A DNA stretch of 64,000 bases from Stegostoma tigrinum (taxonomy: Eukaryota), in NCBI RefSeq assembly GCF_030684315.1, contig NC_081398.1, positions 7,613,226-7,677,225 of the forward strand. Reading direction: 5' to 3'. Made by a program: the position numbers and the translations under genes. Positions 26,033-39,357 of the stretch are shown here, piece after piece. How positions within the stretch are numbered: position 1 is the first letter of the stretch; each line of letters starts with the position of its first letter. The notes below the pieces were generated by a model. That model was not told where the DNA came from. It was given only the letters and a program-made list of their open reading frames with translations, and ran no database searches.

Positions 26033-26572
26033 GTAAGGAAGAGGGTTGGACACTTTGCACAACCGGCTTGTTCTTTCCAGGTAGAAAACCCAGGAAGCTG
26101 CAAATGGTGCCTCAATTGCAGGCTGCCTTTTACCTGCTCCAGTAGATGGATTTCTAAAATTTAAGGTCTCAAATTCTTGCTGATACTTTAGTCAAAAGGA
26201 TCTTTCTTCAATGTGGACTCTCCAAAGTGGACCTTGTAATAAAGGGAAGACTTGCATTTATATAGTGCCTTTGCCAACCTCAGAACATCCCAAAATGCTT
26301 TACAGCTAAGGAAGTAATTTTGAAAGTAGTCCTAATAGTGATGCAGGTAACTCAGCAGCCAGTTTCCAAACAGCAGTATAAAGTATTTATTTCCCTGGAG
26401 GATTGCTGAACTTTTCCATGTGGGTCAATGTTCTTAAGTGCAAGAGTGTTGCCCCTTTTCTTCATTCCTGAAATATTGAGCCCGATTTCTAAAATGTAAA
26501 GCTGGTCCTCAAATAAGCAGTGCCAACGTCTCTCAATGTTGACGTGACTTTTCTGCAATCACTGTGTGACAG

Positions 26573-26735
26573 GAGGCTGAGAAAATGGTGGCGTCCCTAC
26601 ACGACAACTCACTGGACGATGAACGATTTGTTGAGATGATGCAAGATCAGAGGAATCGAGCTGCTGCTGCCTTACCCCTCTCTCATGAGGCAGCCATGAA
26701 ATGGTTCTATAAGGATCCGCAGGGAGAGATCCAAG
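26573..26735 (+). CDS. GIGYF1: coding exon 12 (EAEKMVASL...KWFYKDPQGEIQ), start of GYF domain
   Basis: tgacag| and |gtaaga, 163 nt. Confidence 0.97.
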
Positions 26736-27202
26736 GTAAGAAACTGAGTGGAAGTGGGCCATTTTAAAAAGAAAGAGGGAGTATCTTGGTGCGGTTCTCA
26801 GCCTGGTAACACAGTGAGCATTCAAGTCGCTTCCTGGACCATCTAACTGCACAGGCTACAAAGTCGCATGCCTGATTTCCAACTTGTCCAGATTTTGTTA
26901 TCCTCACTCAGGGAGTCTGTGGTCTTGCTATGATTGGCATCAAACCTTCTTAAGCACTGTAGAAAGTGCCTGGCAAGGTGACTGCTTTTGATGATTACCC
27001 TGGTCCTCAATGAAAGTGTGGACAATGTGTGTGATGTGCCTTCGAAAGACTGTTCACCTGACTGATATTGCAAATCTGGGACCTTTCTCCACTCTCCCCT
27101 ACGCAAATTAGTAGTCTGGCTTAACAGTGGTGTGGGAACTTAATTGCTTGCTTTTTCTCCAATTCGGTGAAGCCTAAAACTACTGTGTTGACTTTTTATC
27201 AG

Positions 27203-27369
27203 GTCCGTTTACGACGCAGGAAATGGCTGACTGGTTCCAAGCTGGATATTTTCCCATGTCTCTCTTGGTTAAACGGGGTTGTGATGAGGGCTTCCAGCCT
27301 CTCGGGGATGTGATTAAGATGTGGGGAAGAGTGCCTTTTGCTCCTGGCCCCTCTCCTCCACCATTGCTG
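27203..27369 (+). CDS. GIGYF1: coding exon 13 (GPFTTQEMADWFQAGYF...PGPSPPPLL), GYF domain core
   Basis: tatcag| and |gtaagt, 167 nt; GPF-x4-M-x2-W-x3-GYF signature. Confidence 0.98.
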
Positions 27370-29805
27370 GTAAGTAAGCATTCCTTGCTGAGATTTGATT
27401 TCCCTTGGGGAAAAGAGGGGTATTGAGTGTAGTGAGCTTAGTCAAAAGTCCACATTCCTTTTTTTACACACACTTTTGTCATGCCCTATATTATATCTGT
27501 ATGCACAACTTGGACATTTAGATACTCACCTTCTGCAAGATTACACTGTAATGGGGTCATTGGAGGGGAGAATGAGAGTGGTAATGCCCCAACACTCCCT
27601 TGCTTTTTGCTTTGCCTCGCCTATTGCTGCACTGACTTGAGCCAGGTTCTCCACATGCATAACTTGCAATGGTGAACCCTTTCTGAGCCACTTCCTCTTC
27701 ACGCTGCCAAAATATGTCTCCCGTTCAGTGCTGTTGACATGCTCAGCTGAGCTCTCAAATCTCTGCTGCAGCAACGAGTGGCCAATGCAGGCACTTGAGC
27801 ATTTGGGACTGATGCATTGATAATTTGGTGACAGCTCCAATCAATTCCCAACTAATGTGGTCTCCTCGGGCATCAGATACCCCCAGAAAAATATAGGGCG
27901 CAGAATTTTCAAGTTCTGATTCAGTAGCATTCTGTGCCATGGTCTGAGGTTAGAGTTGCCTCCAGGCTACAATGTACTCTTGTGGAATACTTGTAAATGT
28001 GTGGACCACACCTATGGAGTGAAATGATTTCTAGGTTGACTGATACCAGTGCAGCATTCAGAAACATAAACTGGTGTATTCATTTGCCCCTTTATTTAAC
28101 AAGTAGATTTGTTTCCTGGTGAAGGTAGAAGCAAAACAAGCTAGGCATCAGCGTGACGACAAATTTCTGTGCCCTTTAAGTGGGCGATGGAATTTTGTGG
28201 AAAAACAGCCGTGAATTTCATTGTGGCTAATTTTTGACCTGGGTGGCTGAGGCTGCTCTCTAGTCAGCATATTTCACTGACTTGATTTAAGTGAAGACAT
28301 AATAGTGATTTCTCTGCTTATCCTTTTTCTTGAATTGCTGATGCACTGTGAATTTGTGGAGCCGTTCCATGGTTTAGACTGAGGGAGCTAGTTGAGTTAC
28401 AGATTGTGCATAAAATACTGAAGTTGTGGCACAAACCATGATTGTTGCAATGGTTTGGTTTGTTGGCCACACATATGCAGTGGGTGTCAGATTTCAGAAC
28501 CATTTGTTCTCGGCCTAGTTGGCAGAGCATGCTGGGTTAGATTGTTGAATATTAAAAATTGTTTAGTAACATTGTTTGTGAGCAGGTTGACATTCTTGTT
28601 TCCTCCGTTTCTTTTTCTGCCCAGTGTGCCCCACCTTTTCTGTTTAATCTTGGCAGTTCAAGCAACTGGTCCCCTACAGTGAAATGATTTGCATTTTAAT
28701 AGCATTTTTAATAGCCACCAGACTACTTGGTGCTTTTCAGCTAACTACATACCTTTTTTTAAAGTTGTTCAGTGGCACACTCGCGTGAAGAGTGTATTGG
28801 CAAGGTAACCTCATAATTGTATTTCTCTTTACTGCCCCCACCCCCACCTTGCTTCAGCAAGTCCATAACCAATGGTAACCACCTCCCTTGGAGGGGTGGG
28901 CTATCCTCCACCCAAACCAATGGTCTGATGTGCTAATGCCCCTGCGGACTGCAGCATCATAATTATCATTCTAATCGTTTGACATTTCCATCGTTCTAGT
29001 AGTTGATTGTTGTTTTTAAGGTTGCCACTTGACAGTTGCATTCTTCGCATTAGGAGTAAAGTTGACAGTAATTATTTTGGGGGTCCTTATCCTCCCTTTC
29101 TTAACAGCGTGTCCCTTACTCTGTAAACCATCAGCCAAGCAACCAAGAGAACGGACAAGTGGAATTGTGGTCTCCTCACAGCCCTGCTGAAAATGCTACT
29201 TTATGTCAGCAGGTAGGAGGCACACATTGGCTGTAAAATTAGACATCAGTATGTGACAGGGAGTACTATCCAAGACTCAAACTAAAATCACTAATGTATC
29301 CTCTTGAAATAATATCCACCCTCTGCTATTTTATGTTAAATAAGGATGTGCAAATCGAACCAGTACCATTGTCGCTGGTGCCACTGTCCAGTGACCAAAT
29401 AAGGTGTGTGTCCATGTGGGTTATGCCTGGACAGCAGGCCATGGTCTCTTTCCTGACCCTTGAATGAGCTTACTTGACAGTCTTCAGCCCATCAGTGCTC
29501 CCAGTTGGCCAGTAAGTTAGCAAATTGATAGTTTCAAATAAAGACCTTTAGTTTGAATTTTATTTGTAAAGTTTCAGCCATTATTATAGTCTGCCACTTC
29601 TTCATTCTATTTTTCTCCCTATCTGCATTTCACAGGTGTCTCCCAAGACTAACCAGTACAAATATTTGCCTGTGGTAAAACCTATGTGTAAAGGTGACCG
29701 AGCAATCTATTTGCAGAATTGGGTTTTTCAAAGCGCATGTTGGTTTGAAAGGCGGAGAGCTCGGAGTTTATTTTTTTTCAATTGGAGTTTGTTTGGTTTT
29801 GGTAG

Positions 29806-29903
29806 GGCGATATGGACCAGGGGAGACTGAAAAAGCAGCGGGAGTTGGCAGCTGCCTTGTACCATCAGCTTCAGTACCAGCAATTTCTGCAACTCATAAA
29901 CAG
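29806..29903 (+). CDS. GIGYF1: coding exon 14 (GDMDQGRLKKQRELAAAL...LQLIN)
   Basis: ttggtag| and |gtaaga, 98 nt. Confidence 0.95.
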
Positions 29904-31891
29904 GTAAGAAGTGTGGGTATCTTGAACTCTTGTGGACTCTAAGACACCCCTAGACCTGTGATATCTTTCATCTAACCATTTACTTGCCCACAAGCGATGT
30001 TATTGCAATGGTTTGACAATATTACTTTAAATTCAGGGCATCCAGTTGAGACGTGGAGATGATGCTAGGTTAGTCCATAGAGAGTCTGTACTGATCTAAA
30101 CCTGGCCCAAAATGCCTTTTCAAGCCTCGCAGATGACCTCCGAGCCTATGATTCTAAGTGGCATCCTGGTGTTTTGTTTTCCAGCTGCAGTAGATGGATA
30201 CTTGGCCCAAGTTAAAACTCTTCTGCCACTGCTGCATAATGACATAAAGTCATTTGCTGCTTTGGTCTTTGCACTGTTCAATCCAACTTTTTATGAATCT
30301 TTTGTGTTGGCTGATATGTGTAGTGTTAATGTTGAGTAATGGAATACTTTCTGCTGTATTAGCTTCCTGTAGCATGCCCAAGTTAGGGCAAATCATGGGC
30401 TGACAGAGACAGACTTCAGTTTTCTTCTGCACTAATGTCATCTGATTTTTTTCTCCCATGATGCATTTATATGGTGTCCGAGATGCTTAGGAAATAGTGG
30501 TATGAGCGAAGAGGCCCACTGGGATCTGGATTCGCTTAGCAACCTGTATTTGTGGAAAAGAGAGGGGCTTTGTTCTTGGCTGTTTGACTGGGTTCTGAAC
30601 TATGGTTTTCCAGGTTTATTAGAGCAATTGTGCTTTCTGTAGACTGACACTACTATACATGTTGCCTTTGAAGGTCTGTTCACTTGAAATGAAACAGATT
30701 GGTCCATCCACACTTGCAAAGAGGGCCTTGACCATCAGTTGTTACATTACTCCCAGATTTTCTGAATCGGCTTCCGATTTTTGCTTGGTTCTGTTGAATA
30801 AGGTGTAAAATAAGTCATTCACTTCCATGACTCGGGGAATTTGGTTCATTAGGCAGTTGTCAACTTTGCTTACCTCAGATCCGTTTACATACAGAACCCC
30901 CAGCTCAGGACTACATCTGGTGTAGCATGCAACCTCCTTGATGTCAGCAAAATACTTGGCGTTATTTATAAGTTTCCAGTCTGCCTCACCTTCAACCTGA
31001 CACCTAGGCCTGAATACTGACAGTGTTTTGCCTGAAGTGCAACTGAATGAAGAGCAGTGAAATATTTTATTCCTCAGCTGGTAAATACACTGAAAGCTTT
31101 TGGCCTTGAGATATAAAGATTTCAAGGCCCCAGTCCACCCCATACCCTTTCTCGTGGCCAGCCATTGAAGTATACAGTGTTATCTGATCTCATTTTGCTG
31201 CTATGTTTGATCTGTGTGCCCTAATCCCACCACACAGTTTTGGGATTGGAGTCACATATAGGCCTCTCTGAACAGAAATGATAAGATCTCTTCCCCGAGG
31301 GAAGCACTCAGGATTTTACAGCCCCTCAATGGTGCTAATGGCTGATTTGTTATTCTGTAGCCAGCCCATGTGTTAGCAGGTTTGCTGAATTGAATTTCAG
31401 AACTCCAGAACTAATGTTGTAACCCCGCTTTTACCATTCTCAAAAATATTCTAATTACTCAACCCTGTGTCTGTTTCTGATGTGGGTTTGTTGTCAGATT
31501 ATGTACTTAAAGTCGGGGGCTTAAGATGTCTTGACTTGAATCAGACTTGGGTGGATTCTGTCCCTTGCCTATTGCCTCCAGTGTGAAGCTTCTAACTCTG
31601 TTATTTGGTCATTTGCCAGAGGCTATGCTGGGTGACTGGAGTTGAGACATGGTCACCTGCCAACGGTACAGAGTAGTGATAGTGGCGGCACTGCTCTTCA
31701 GAGGGTGCAGGTTTGGACTAGGCAAAGGAAACTTTACTCCACCACTAACTGTGGTGTATGCCTGGACCCTCAGTGTCTGTGCCTTGGGTGTGTTTTTCCA
31801 GGGAATTAGGCAGCCACCCCGTTCATAGGTACAGAAACAAACATTCCACAGCTGAATATAAAATTTATAATGACCCTCCTTTTCTTTGTAG

Positions 31892-31999
31892 CCGGCAGCA
31901 ACTAGTGCAGTGTGCACTGCAGCAGAAGGCAAACATGACACCCCAGCAACAGCAGCAACTTGTGGTGTTCCTGCAGCAGATCCAGGCCCTCAAATCAAG
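31892..31999 (+). CDS. GIGYF1: coding exon 15 (RQQLVQCALQQK...QIQALKSR)
   Basis: ttgtag| and |gtaatg, 108 nt. Confidence 0.95.
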
Positions 32000-32964
32000 G
32001 TAATGGTATTTACCCTCCTACAAACACCACATTGTGCAATAGTTGCACTAACTGTTCTGTTTTACATTCAAATAATCATAGGTTAAATTAAAGTTAGAAA
32101 ATTCTGGTTTTGCTGCACTTGACAGCAACAATGTGATATGTAGCAGTAATTTGCACTTAATGTATAAACTCTTGCCTGTGTGATATTCTTAATCTATCAG
32201 CATAAACTAAACATTTACTGAGGTTAGTTTGGCACCTGATGTGTATTTGGCCTCCAGCAAGCTATGAATTTGAATCATCAATGCTTGTGTTATTGGCATT
32301 ATCTAGGAACATGGGCAGTGTGGTACTGAGAGATCCAAAGCTATTCATTTTGCCATAAGTAGAATGCTTCAAGTGACCAAGTCAAGATGGAGTCTCAGAC
32401 GTTTCTATTTTCAGGTCACAAGCTTTTAAGTGATATCGTGTGCTTGTATCTTAAAGGTGTACTGCCATTAGACAATAGTGCTGTGTCCATAATAGACTGG
32501 GAGTGCCTGTTGTCTTGATGATTCCTTTCTCTTCTATCAAAAGACTATTATGAAGAATTTCATAACAGAATTTGTTAGACTGACTTTATGGTCCTGCTTG
32601 AATTTCCACTGTGTGTGTGCAGGCATGTGTGTTCTGAGAGATGAACGTAAAAGGAGGCAGATGTTAAAGTTGTGATTTACTATGTTCATTCAGCTGGTCG
32701 AATTTTTTAATTAGCAATGTGTTCCCTGAAATTTGAAGATGATGGGTGCAGTTGATCAAAGTTCAAAATATTGAAGGAAACTGAAGTCAAGATAGAGAGA
32801 AGCAGCTTCCCATGGTTAACTGGTCTGGGACTCAGTAACATGGGGTTGGTTCTAATTCTAAATGTTTAAAAATAATTAGGAAACACTTTCCCCATGCCAA
32901 ATATAAGTTTAGAACTCTCTTCTGAAAGGTGCAGTTAATGCTTAATCAATTAATTATGATTGAA

Positions 32965-33560
32965 ATTGGGCATTGGCACTCTTTCCTTAATCAGTCAGAG
33001 CATTGAGTACAGGACTTGGTGTGTTGTGCTATAGCTGTACAAGACGTTGGTATGGCTACATTTGGAGCACTGCATATAATTCTGGCCCTGCTATAGGAAA
33101 GATGTTATAAAACTGGAAATGGCACAAAAAAGATTTACAAGGATATTACTGACTGGAAGGTTTGAGTGACAGTTGTACGGTGGGATTTTTTTTCTTGCTG
33201 GAGCGTAGGAGGCTGAGGACTGACCTTATAGAGGTTTATAAAATCATATGGGGATATTGATAAGGTAAGTAGCCAATGTGTTTCCCCCAGCATAGTGGAG
33301 TCCAAAATAGAGGCATAGGTTTAAAGCAAGAAGAGAAGGATTTAGAAGGGGCATCTTTTTCACACAGGCTGTGCATGAGCTGCCAGAGGTGGGTACAGTT
33401 ACAACGTTTAAAAGATATTTGGACGAATATGCGGAAAGGAAAGGTTTGGGGGGGGATATGGACCAAACACAGGCAAATAGTACTAGTTCAGCTTGGGAAA
33501 CCAGGTCAGCATGGACGAATGAGGATGAAAGGTCTGTTTCTGTGCTGTATGACTATGACC
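32965..33560 (+). mobile_element. decayed CR1 3' fragment
   Basis: Similar to the 3' part of 8131-9562 (ctgtacaagacgttggt, gaccttatagaggtttataaaatc). Confidence 0.75.
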
Positions 33561-33719
33561 TGCGTCGTCCTTTTCCGTTATGAAGACCAACACAGTATTA
33601 AGGACAATGCGAATGTTTTTAGGTCCACACAAAGATTGCTTCAGTAGTCCCTAATAGGCCTTATTCCTAGTCAAGTTATTTCTTGCAATTTATGTACTTT
33701 AAAACAAAAACACACTAAT

Positions 33720-34325
33720 CTAGAGATAGCAAGAATTACAGATGCTGGAGTCAGTGGCAGAACAGTATGGAGCTGGAGGAACAGAGCAGGCCAGGCAGCA
33801 TCAGTGGAGAAGGAATCTTAATGTTTCGGGTCAGGACTCTTCTTCAGAAATGGGGAGGGGGAAGGGTGCTCGGAAGTCAATTAGAGAGAGGAGGGGTAGG
33901 TCTGGCGAAGGTTGGTGGGATGGTGATAGGTGAGTGCAGGTAGGCAGTGGAGGAGATTGGTCAGTGGGATGGGTGGGGCTGACAGCTGGGAGAGAAGATG
34001 GACAGGTTGTCATGGCAATGAGGTGGGATGAGAGGGAGGCTTGGGCATGGGATCAGGCAAGGAGTGGGGAGATTTTTTAAACTGTGGAATTCACCAGTTT
34101 TAAAATCTCCTCACCCCTGGTCTCATCCCTTGCCCAAGCCTCCCTCTCATCCCCGCCTCATTGACATGACAGTCTGTCCATCGTCTCTCTCACCTATCCG
34201 TCCCACCCATCCCACTGACCAATCTCTCCCACTGCCTACCTGCACTCAGCTATCGCCATCCCACCAACCTTCCCCAGCCCCACCTGTCTTCTCTCTCATT
34301 TATTTCTGAGCTCCCTTCCCCCTCT
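33720..34325. mobile_element. Penelope-derived element with long internal inverted repeat
   Basis: Terminal sequence as at 25511 and 51303; 33855-34090 is the imperfect reverse complement of 34090-34325. Confidence 0.8.
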
Positions 34326-36026
34326 GTTTCCTCTGCCTTCCACACCTGTTAAAAGTACCCCCCAACACGTGCGCACACAATGGAAGACGTTGGTTCCAAT
34401 CGTATTCGGATGTAACTCGTCCAATTTGTACAGGCCCCGCTTCCCCAAAATGACTGTAATATTTTAGGAATCTAAAGCAATCCCTCCTGCAGTAAGAATA
34501 ATCCAGAAATCTAAACATCCATTTCTGACCTAACTCCCCAAAGTCTGCTTGCAGGACCTCATTTCTCTTTTTTCACTTATGCCATTGGTCCCATCATGGA
34601 GCCCAGCCTCTGTCTGTTCACCCTCCTCTTTCAGGATGCCCTGCAGCTGTTCTGTGAAAGTCTCCACCTTAACAACTGGGAAACAAAGTATTGTGCTAAG
34701 ATATACTTATAGCTGTTCCATTCGGACGTAATGTGTACGCTTGTAGTCATCCAGAAGCATTTCTTAATTCCCACGTAGTGCAGGATGTGCACATCATGAG
34801 CCTGAACTCCCAGATGTCTTTCATTAATTAGAATATGAGCTGTTGTTCATTTTATCCATATTTTTACATTAGCACAGCTTAGAAGTTTGTTTCTTGTTTG
34901 TTAGTCAAACAACCAGACCTCATCATCTCTATCTAACGAAGAAATTTAGTGTTGAAGTTGTAAAACATTAATTATCTGTGGGAAGCTATACATTTTACAG
35001 CCTCAGCTTAAATTAATATCCAGTTCTGAGACACTAGAAATACCTATCAGTTAGTTATCTGCTTCCATGTCGTGTCATACTTCGATTTTAAAGTCATTCC
35101 ACCGCTTGTCTGTCTGCTCCTGGGACCTCTCTGCTCTCAGTGCTGCGTTTAACCTTACCACTACCGCCCTCAAGTACCCCTACAAGTTTTCCAATAGTCA
35201 ATCAGCTTTTTATTGCTCTCTGTAACCTTATTGCTGCCACTCTTGAGTCCCACCCAAGTCCAGCATCAGTCTCTGCTTCCGGAACCTTTCAGCTCCTGCT
35301 TTTGGTTTCCACCTTGTCAGCTCCTCTCATGTATTCATTTCTTGGTTCCTAATTTAATGAATGTAAAGAGAGCTTTGACATAAATGTGTATGTGACATAA
35401 TGCACAGAATATATGGGTGAATTTTTAAGTTGTTACAAACTCAGTGAACAAAAGGTAGGGACAGATTTTTTAAAATGAGACTCAAAGAAAAATATACTTT
35501 TTAAATCTTGCTCAAAAATGGTATTATCCCAATCTGGCACCCTTCCATTTATAGAATTGGAGTCAACAGGATTTGGTGGAAGCGCACATGATTTGTGACA
35601 AAGGAGGGTAATTTGATTGGGCAATTACATTGATGTGGAACAGATGATCAAAAATTTAACTGCACTCCATGACGTAAAAATATTTCTTCGATTTGGCTAG
35701 TGTTTCATCAGAGCTGTGAGAGTGGGTGGCTGCTTTGTTTTCTCTCTGGGTTCTCAAGTGCGGTTTCCTGACCACTGATTGGAGTGGAATTGTGAAACAC
35801 CGTCCAGATTTGAGTGCTGAGAATTGCAATTTGACTTGTTAAGTAGTCTTCAGGCAGTGACCCTGATTATATTGTAAGTATTCTGTTCATTCCAAAAGCA
35901 AGAATGAACAATGGCTTGGACGACTTCCAGTGTCACATTTTATTTATCTAATAGTGACCATATGCCCACCTGAAAAAACCAAGAAGCATTGAAAATTCAC
36001 CTTCATTTTTGTCCCCCATCTCACAG

Positions 36027-36127
36027 GTGTGCAGAGCAAAATTTGATTCCTGCTATCAACAGATCCATGTCAGTGCCTGAAACTGGGTCTCTGTGGGACC
36101 TTCCAACTTCTGCTTCGCAGCCCTCAG
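36027..36127 (+). CDS. GIGYF1: coding exon 16 (CAEQNLIPAINRSMSVPETGSLWD...)
   Basis: tcacag| and |gtgagg, 101 nt. Confidence 0.95.
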
Positions 36128-37208
36128 GTGAGGATCCACTCGCATTTCATGAGGTTTTGAGTGGCATTTGGTGCTACTGAGGCTAATGCTCAGTAGCTGA
36201 AGTTATGCACTGGACTGGTTTGTTGGATGATGTGCACTAATTTTGAATAAATATTTTCAAATCAAATTTCATCACATTTTCCTTTGTAAAATGTGCATTC
36301 TCTCTCCTTTACCAAATTTTCAGCTCTGCCTCTGTGTATGCTTGGATTCCTGCTTGGCTCCCAGTCCTTGCAGGCAAGCAGGACAGAGCAGGGCCAGTGA
36401 TGATGTTTTTAGTGACTGGCAGTGGTGTTCTTTTTTCTATTGCTACATTGCCAGCTTTTCATTCTGAGTTTTGTCTTAATGTTTCCCATAATCATGGCTG
36501 ACGTTCATCTCAGTAGGCCATTAGTATCAAGTGCTGTGTATTGGGCTGTGTGGCACCTATTTAAAGGAAGAACAAGCCTGCTGTGCTGTTCAGTAAGACC
36601 ATGGCTGATCTGATTGCATTTTGAATTCCATGTACTCATCTCCCCCTGATGACCTTCGATTTCTTTGCCTAAGCAGAACCTATTTGCCTGCGCCTTAATA
36701 ATGAATGAATGAAAAAGATTCATGGTCATTATGACACTGGAGGAGTCATTCAGTTGTGGGAAACGTTCCTGCTAATTTTTGTGGTTACTGCATGGACTTC
36801 GGATGAGTCTGAACGGTATATTTAAACCGAGTCAAGGTCATGCAACGGAGTATGTTGGAATGTGCTCTTAGTGAGGTGTTGCACAGCTGTGCATTTGTGC
36901 AACTTACAGGGAACATTGCTTACGGGCCATTCAGCCCATCAAGTCCATGCCAGAAGGATCCTGTTCCACTGTAGTCTCATGAATCTGGCTAATTCAGGAT
37001 ATTCCACGCCAGTGAGGAAACAGGATGAACCCCTGGCCAGTGTACAGGTCACCTGTTCAGGTCAGGTGTGTGCATAATGGCAGAGTTGGGGGAAAGGCAT
37101 TTAGATTGTCATCCTAAAACCTGTTTTTGATGCACTTTTGTTAATTAATGTTGAGTTTTAGAGACTCTAGAGTTTTACTTTTAAAAATGCGTGCACTTTT
37201 TGTTCCAG

Positions 37209-37297
37209 GTTGTGATGCAGGGAGCTTGTGGGATTCAGCATCTCAGGGTCCTCTGCTGGAACAAATTCAAAAACTAGAGCGAGAGAAAGCTACAAAA
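37209..37297 (+). CDS. GIGYF1: coding exon 17 (GCDAGSLWD...LEQIQKLEREKATK)
   Basis: ttccag| and |gtaaga, 89 nt. Confidence 0.93.
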
Positions 37298-39222
37298 GTA
37301 AGACCTTGCTGTTGTTTTGATTTTGATGGCTCCACAGAATAGATGCATCCTGTTTTAATGCGAGGGGAAGGTTCCAACACATTTGTGGAGTGTTGTGGTT
37401 GTGGGTTTCAGACTAAGGGGATCTGAACTTGAGCTGGAGCTCCTTTTTTTTTATTCCACAGATCTTCAAAATTATTTAATTCTCTCTCTTGTAGGAGTAT
37501 GATAATTCGTGTCTTGGTTCTCTTTATGTGCTGACTTTTTGAAAGATGCAGTTGTGCAAAGGCCCACATTTCTGCTTTCTGCCTATTAACCCCCTCTAAT
37601 TGTAACCTGTCCAGCGATCTCTTATGATTTTTTAATGACATTTCTTAACTTGAAGCCTGGCAAGTCTTGACAACTAAAGGAAGTATCTCTCCTCTTGACC
37701 TTTTACCCAAGATTTCAGTTCTGTAACCTCTGGTCATTGATCTACTAGGCAGAGGGAAAAGATTTTCTCTTTCTACACAATCAAAACCTCTCAACATCTT
37801 GAACCTTCCAAAAGGTCATCAATTTCCTATTCAGAGGAAATGGTTTGGACTCTTTCAACCTTTCCTCAGACCTGAACCCTCATCCCTAGTAACATAATGT
37901 TGACTTGTTAGTAAACTTTTGGCTTTCTGACCTGGTAAATACTTTGATATGAAATTTTGCCTTTACACCTCAGTCACTCATACGGAAGCTGGTGCAAGAT
38001 CCTGGTGCAAGTGTCAGTGTCCATGGAAGATTGCCAGGAGTATTAGTGTGTATTAATTTGTTGCAAGTTCATATATACCTGTTAGTGTTTGCAGAACCAA
38101 ATAAGTTCAGAGATTGTTGTTGAACAAGGTATATGTCTGAAATCTATTACGTGTTAATATAACAGCTTCAAACACAGTCCCAAGAAGTGTGCAGTTCATC
38201 TTGAACATTTTGAACCTGATACTGTACTGTTATGCTGATTTGCTTCTACAACTATCTGGCCATGAAACAAGTTAATGAGAGGTATTCTGTAAAGGCGACC
38301 CTCCTGTCTAGGGTAAGCATTTTGCCCAAAACCCTTGTCTTTGCAAAACTAGTGAAACAACCGGGCATCTGGATCTTGTAATTTGTGTCCATTCCTCATG
38401 CGTGTCCCAGACAGTTTGTGATGGCAGTAGATACAACATGACACGCTTCTACCAATGTTTTGCTAGTTGTTGATCAGGTACAGGAACCTTGGCTTTTCAC
38501 AGTTAACTGTACTGATGAGCTAATGTTTTGTTTAAATATTTTCCAATTCTAGGCTTTGGAATTAACTGGAGCTTGTAGCTGTTTGTTTCTGAAAGGAATG
38601 CTAGTAAAGTGATTCCATAGGAAAGTAATAAGACTAGTGTTAAAATGTGCATTGTGCGCACTCTGAAACAGATGTATTATTTCTGGAATCAGGGAATGGG
38701 GCAATGAGGGTACTAACTCCAGTTTCAAAAAAGGCAGTTCAGAGGGACACTGTGAAATGAGCACAACCGTGCTTGTTTTGAACCATATTGGATATTTTGA
38801 TAACATAAAAGCTTTTACTCTTCAGCTCCCATCCCCTACTCCCTGTGCGCAATGTTCAGTGACCTGTAACATGCTGTGAGGCTGCAGTTACTTTACCACT
38901 TTGGCGTAGTTTCACTTGGCATGAGTGTGGAAGTTCTATAGATCTGGCAGCAAAGTCCTACCCTGGAACAAAACATGGCAAGATCCTGGAAGTTAACAGC
39001 CCTTCCCCTGTCCAGAGATAGAATTTGAAAGTTTCCATCTCTGTCTCTGGGCAGAGATAGAAACTTGCAAATGTACATTCAGGCGAAGCAGAGTAGGTAA
39101 AGTGTACAATGTGGGTCGTCTGTGCTGACACATTTTGTCATCCTTTCTGGATACTGAGAATTGTATTGATGAGGGAAACCTCTCCCAAACTGTCTTGGGT
39201 AACTGGAGTGTTGCTTGTTCAG

Positions 39223-39357
39223 CTAAAGCAGGAGCGAAGAGACGCCGAACTCAGGAATAAAAGGGAAGAGGATGACAGAAAACGGCAGGATGAAATCAGG
39301 TGGCAAGAGGAAGAACGTAAACGTCGGGATGAGGATGAGCTAACTAGGAGGAAGCAG
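39223..39357 (+). CDS. GIGYF1: coding exon 18 (LKQERRDAELR...LTRRKQ), E/R-rich helix
   Basis: gttcag| and |gtaatg, 135 nt, phase 0-0. Confidence 0.94.

Noticed and set aside
36395-36467. C/D box snoRNA-like arrangement (gtgatga...ctga)
   Set aside because: No terminal stem, no convincing C'/D' boxes and no recognisable guide sequence.
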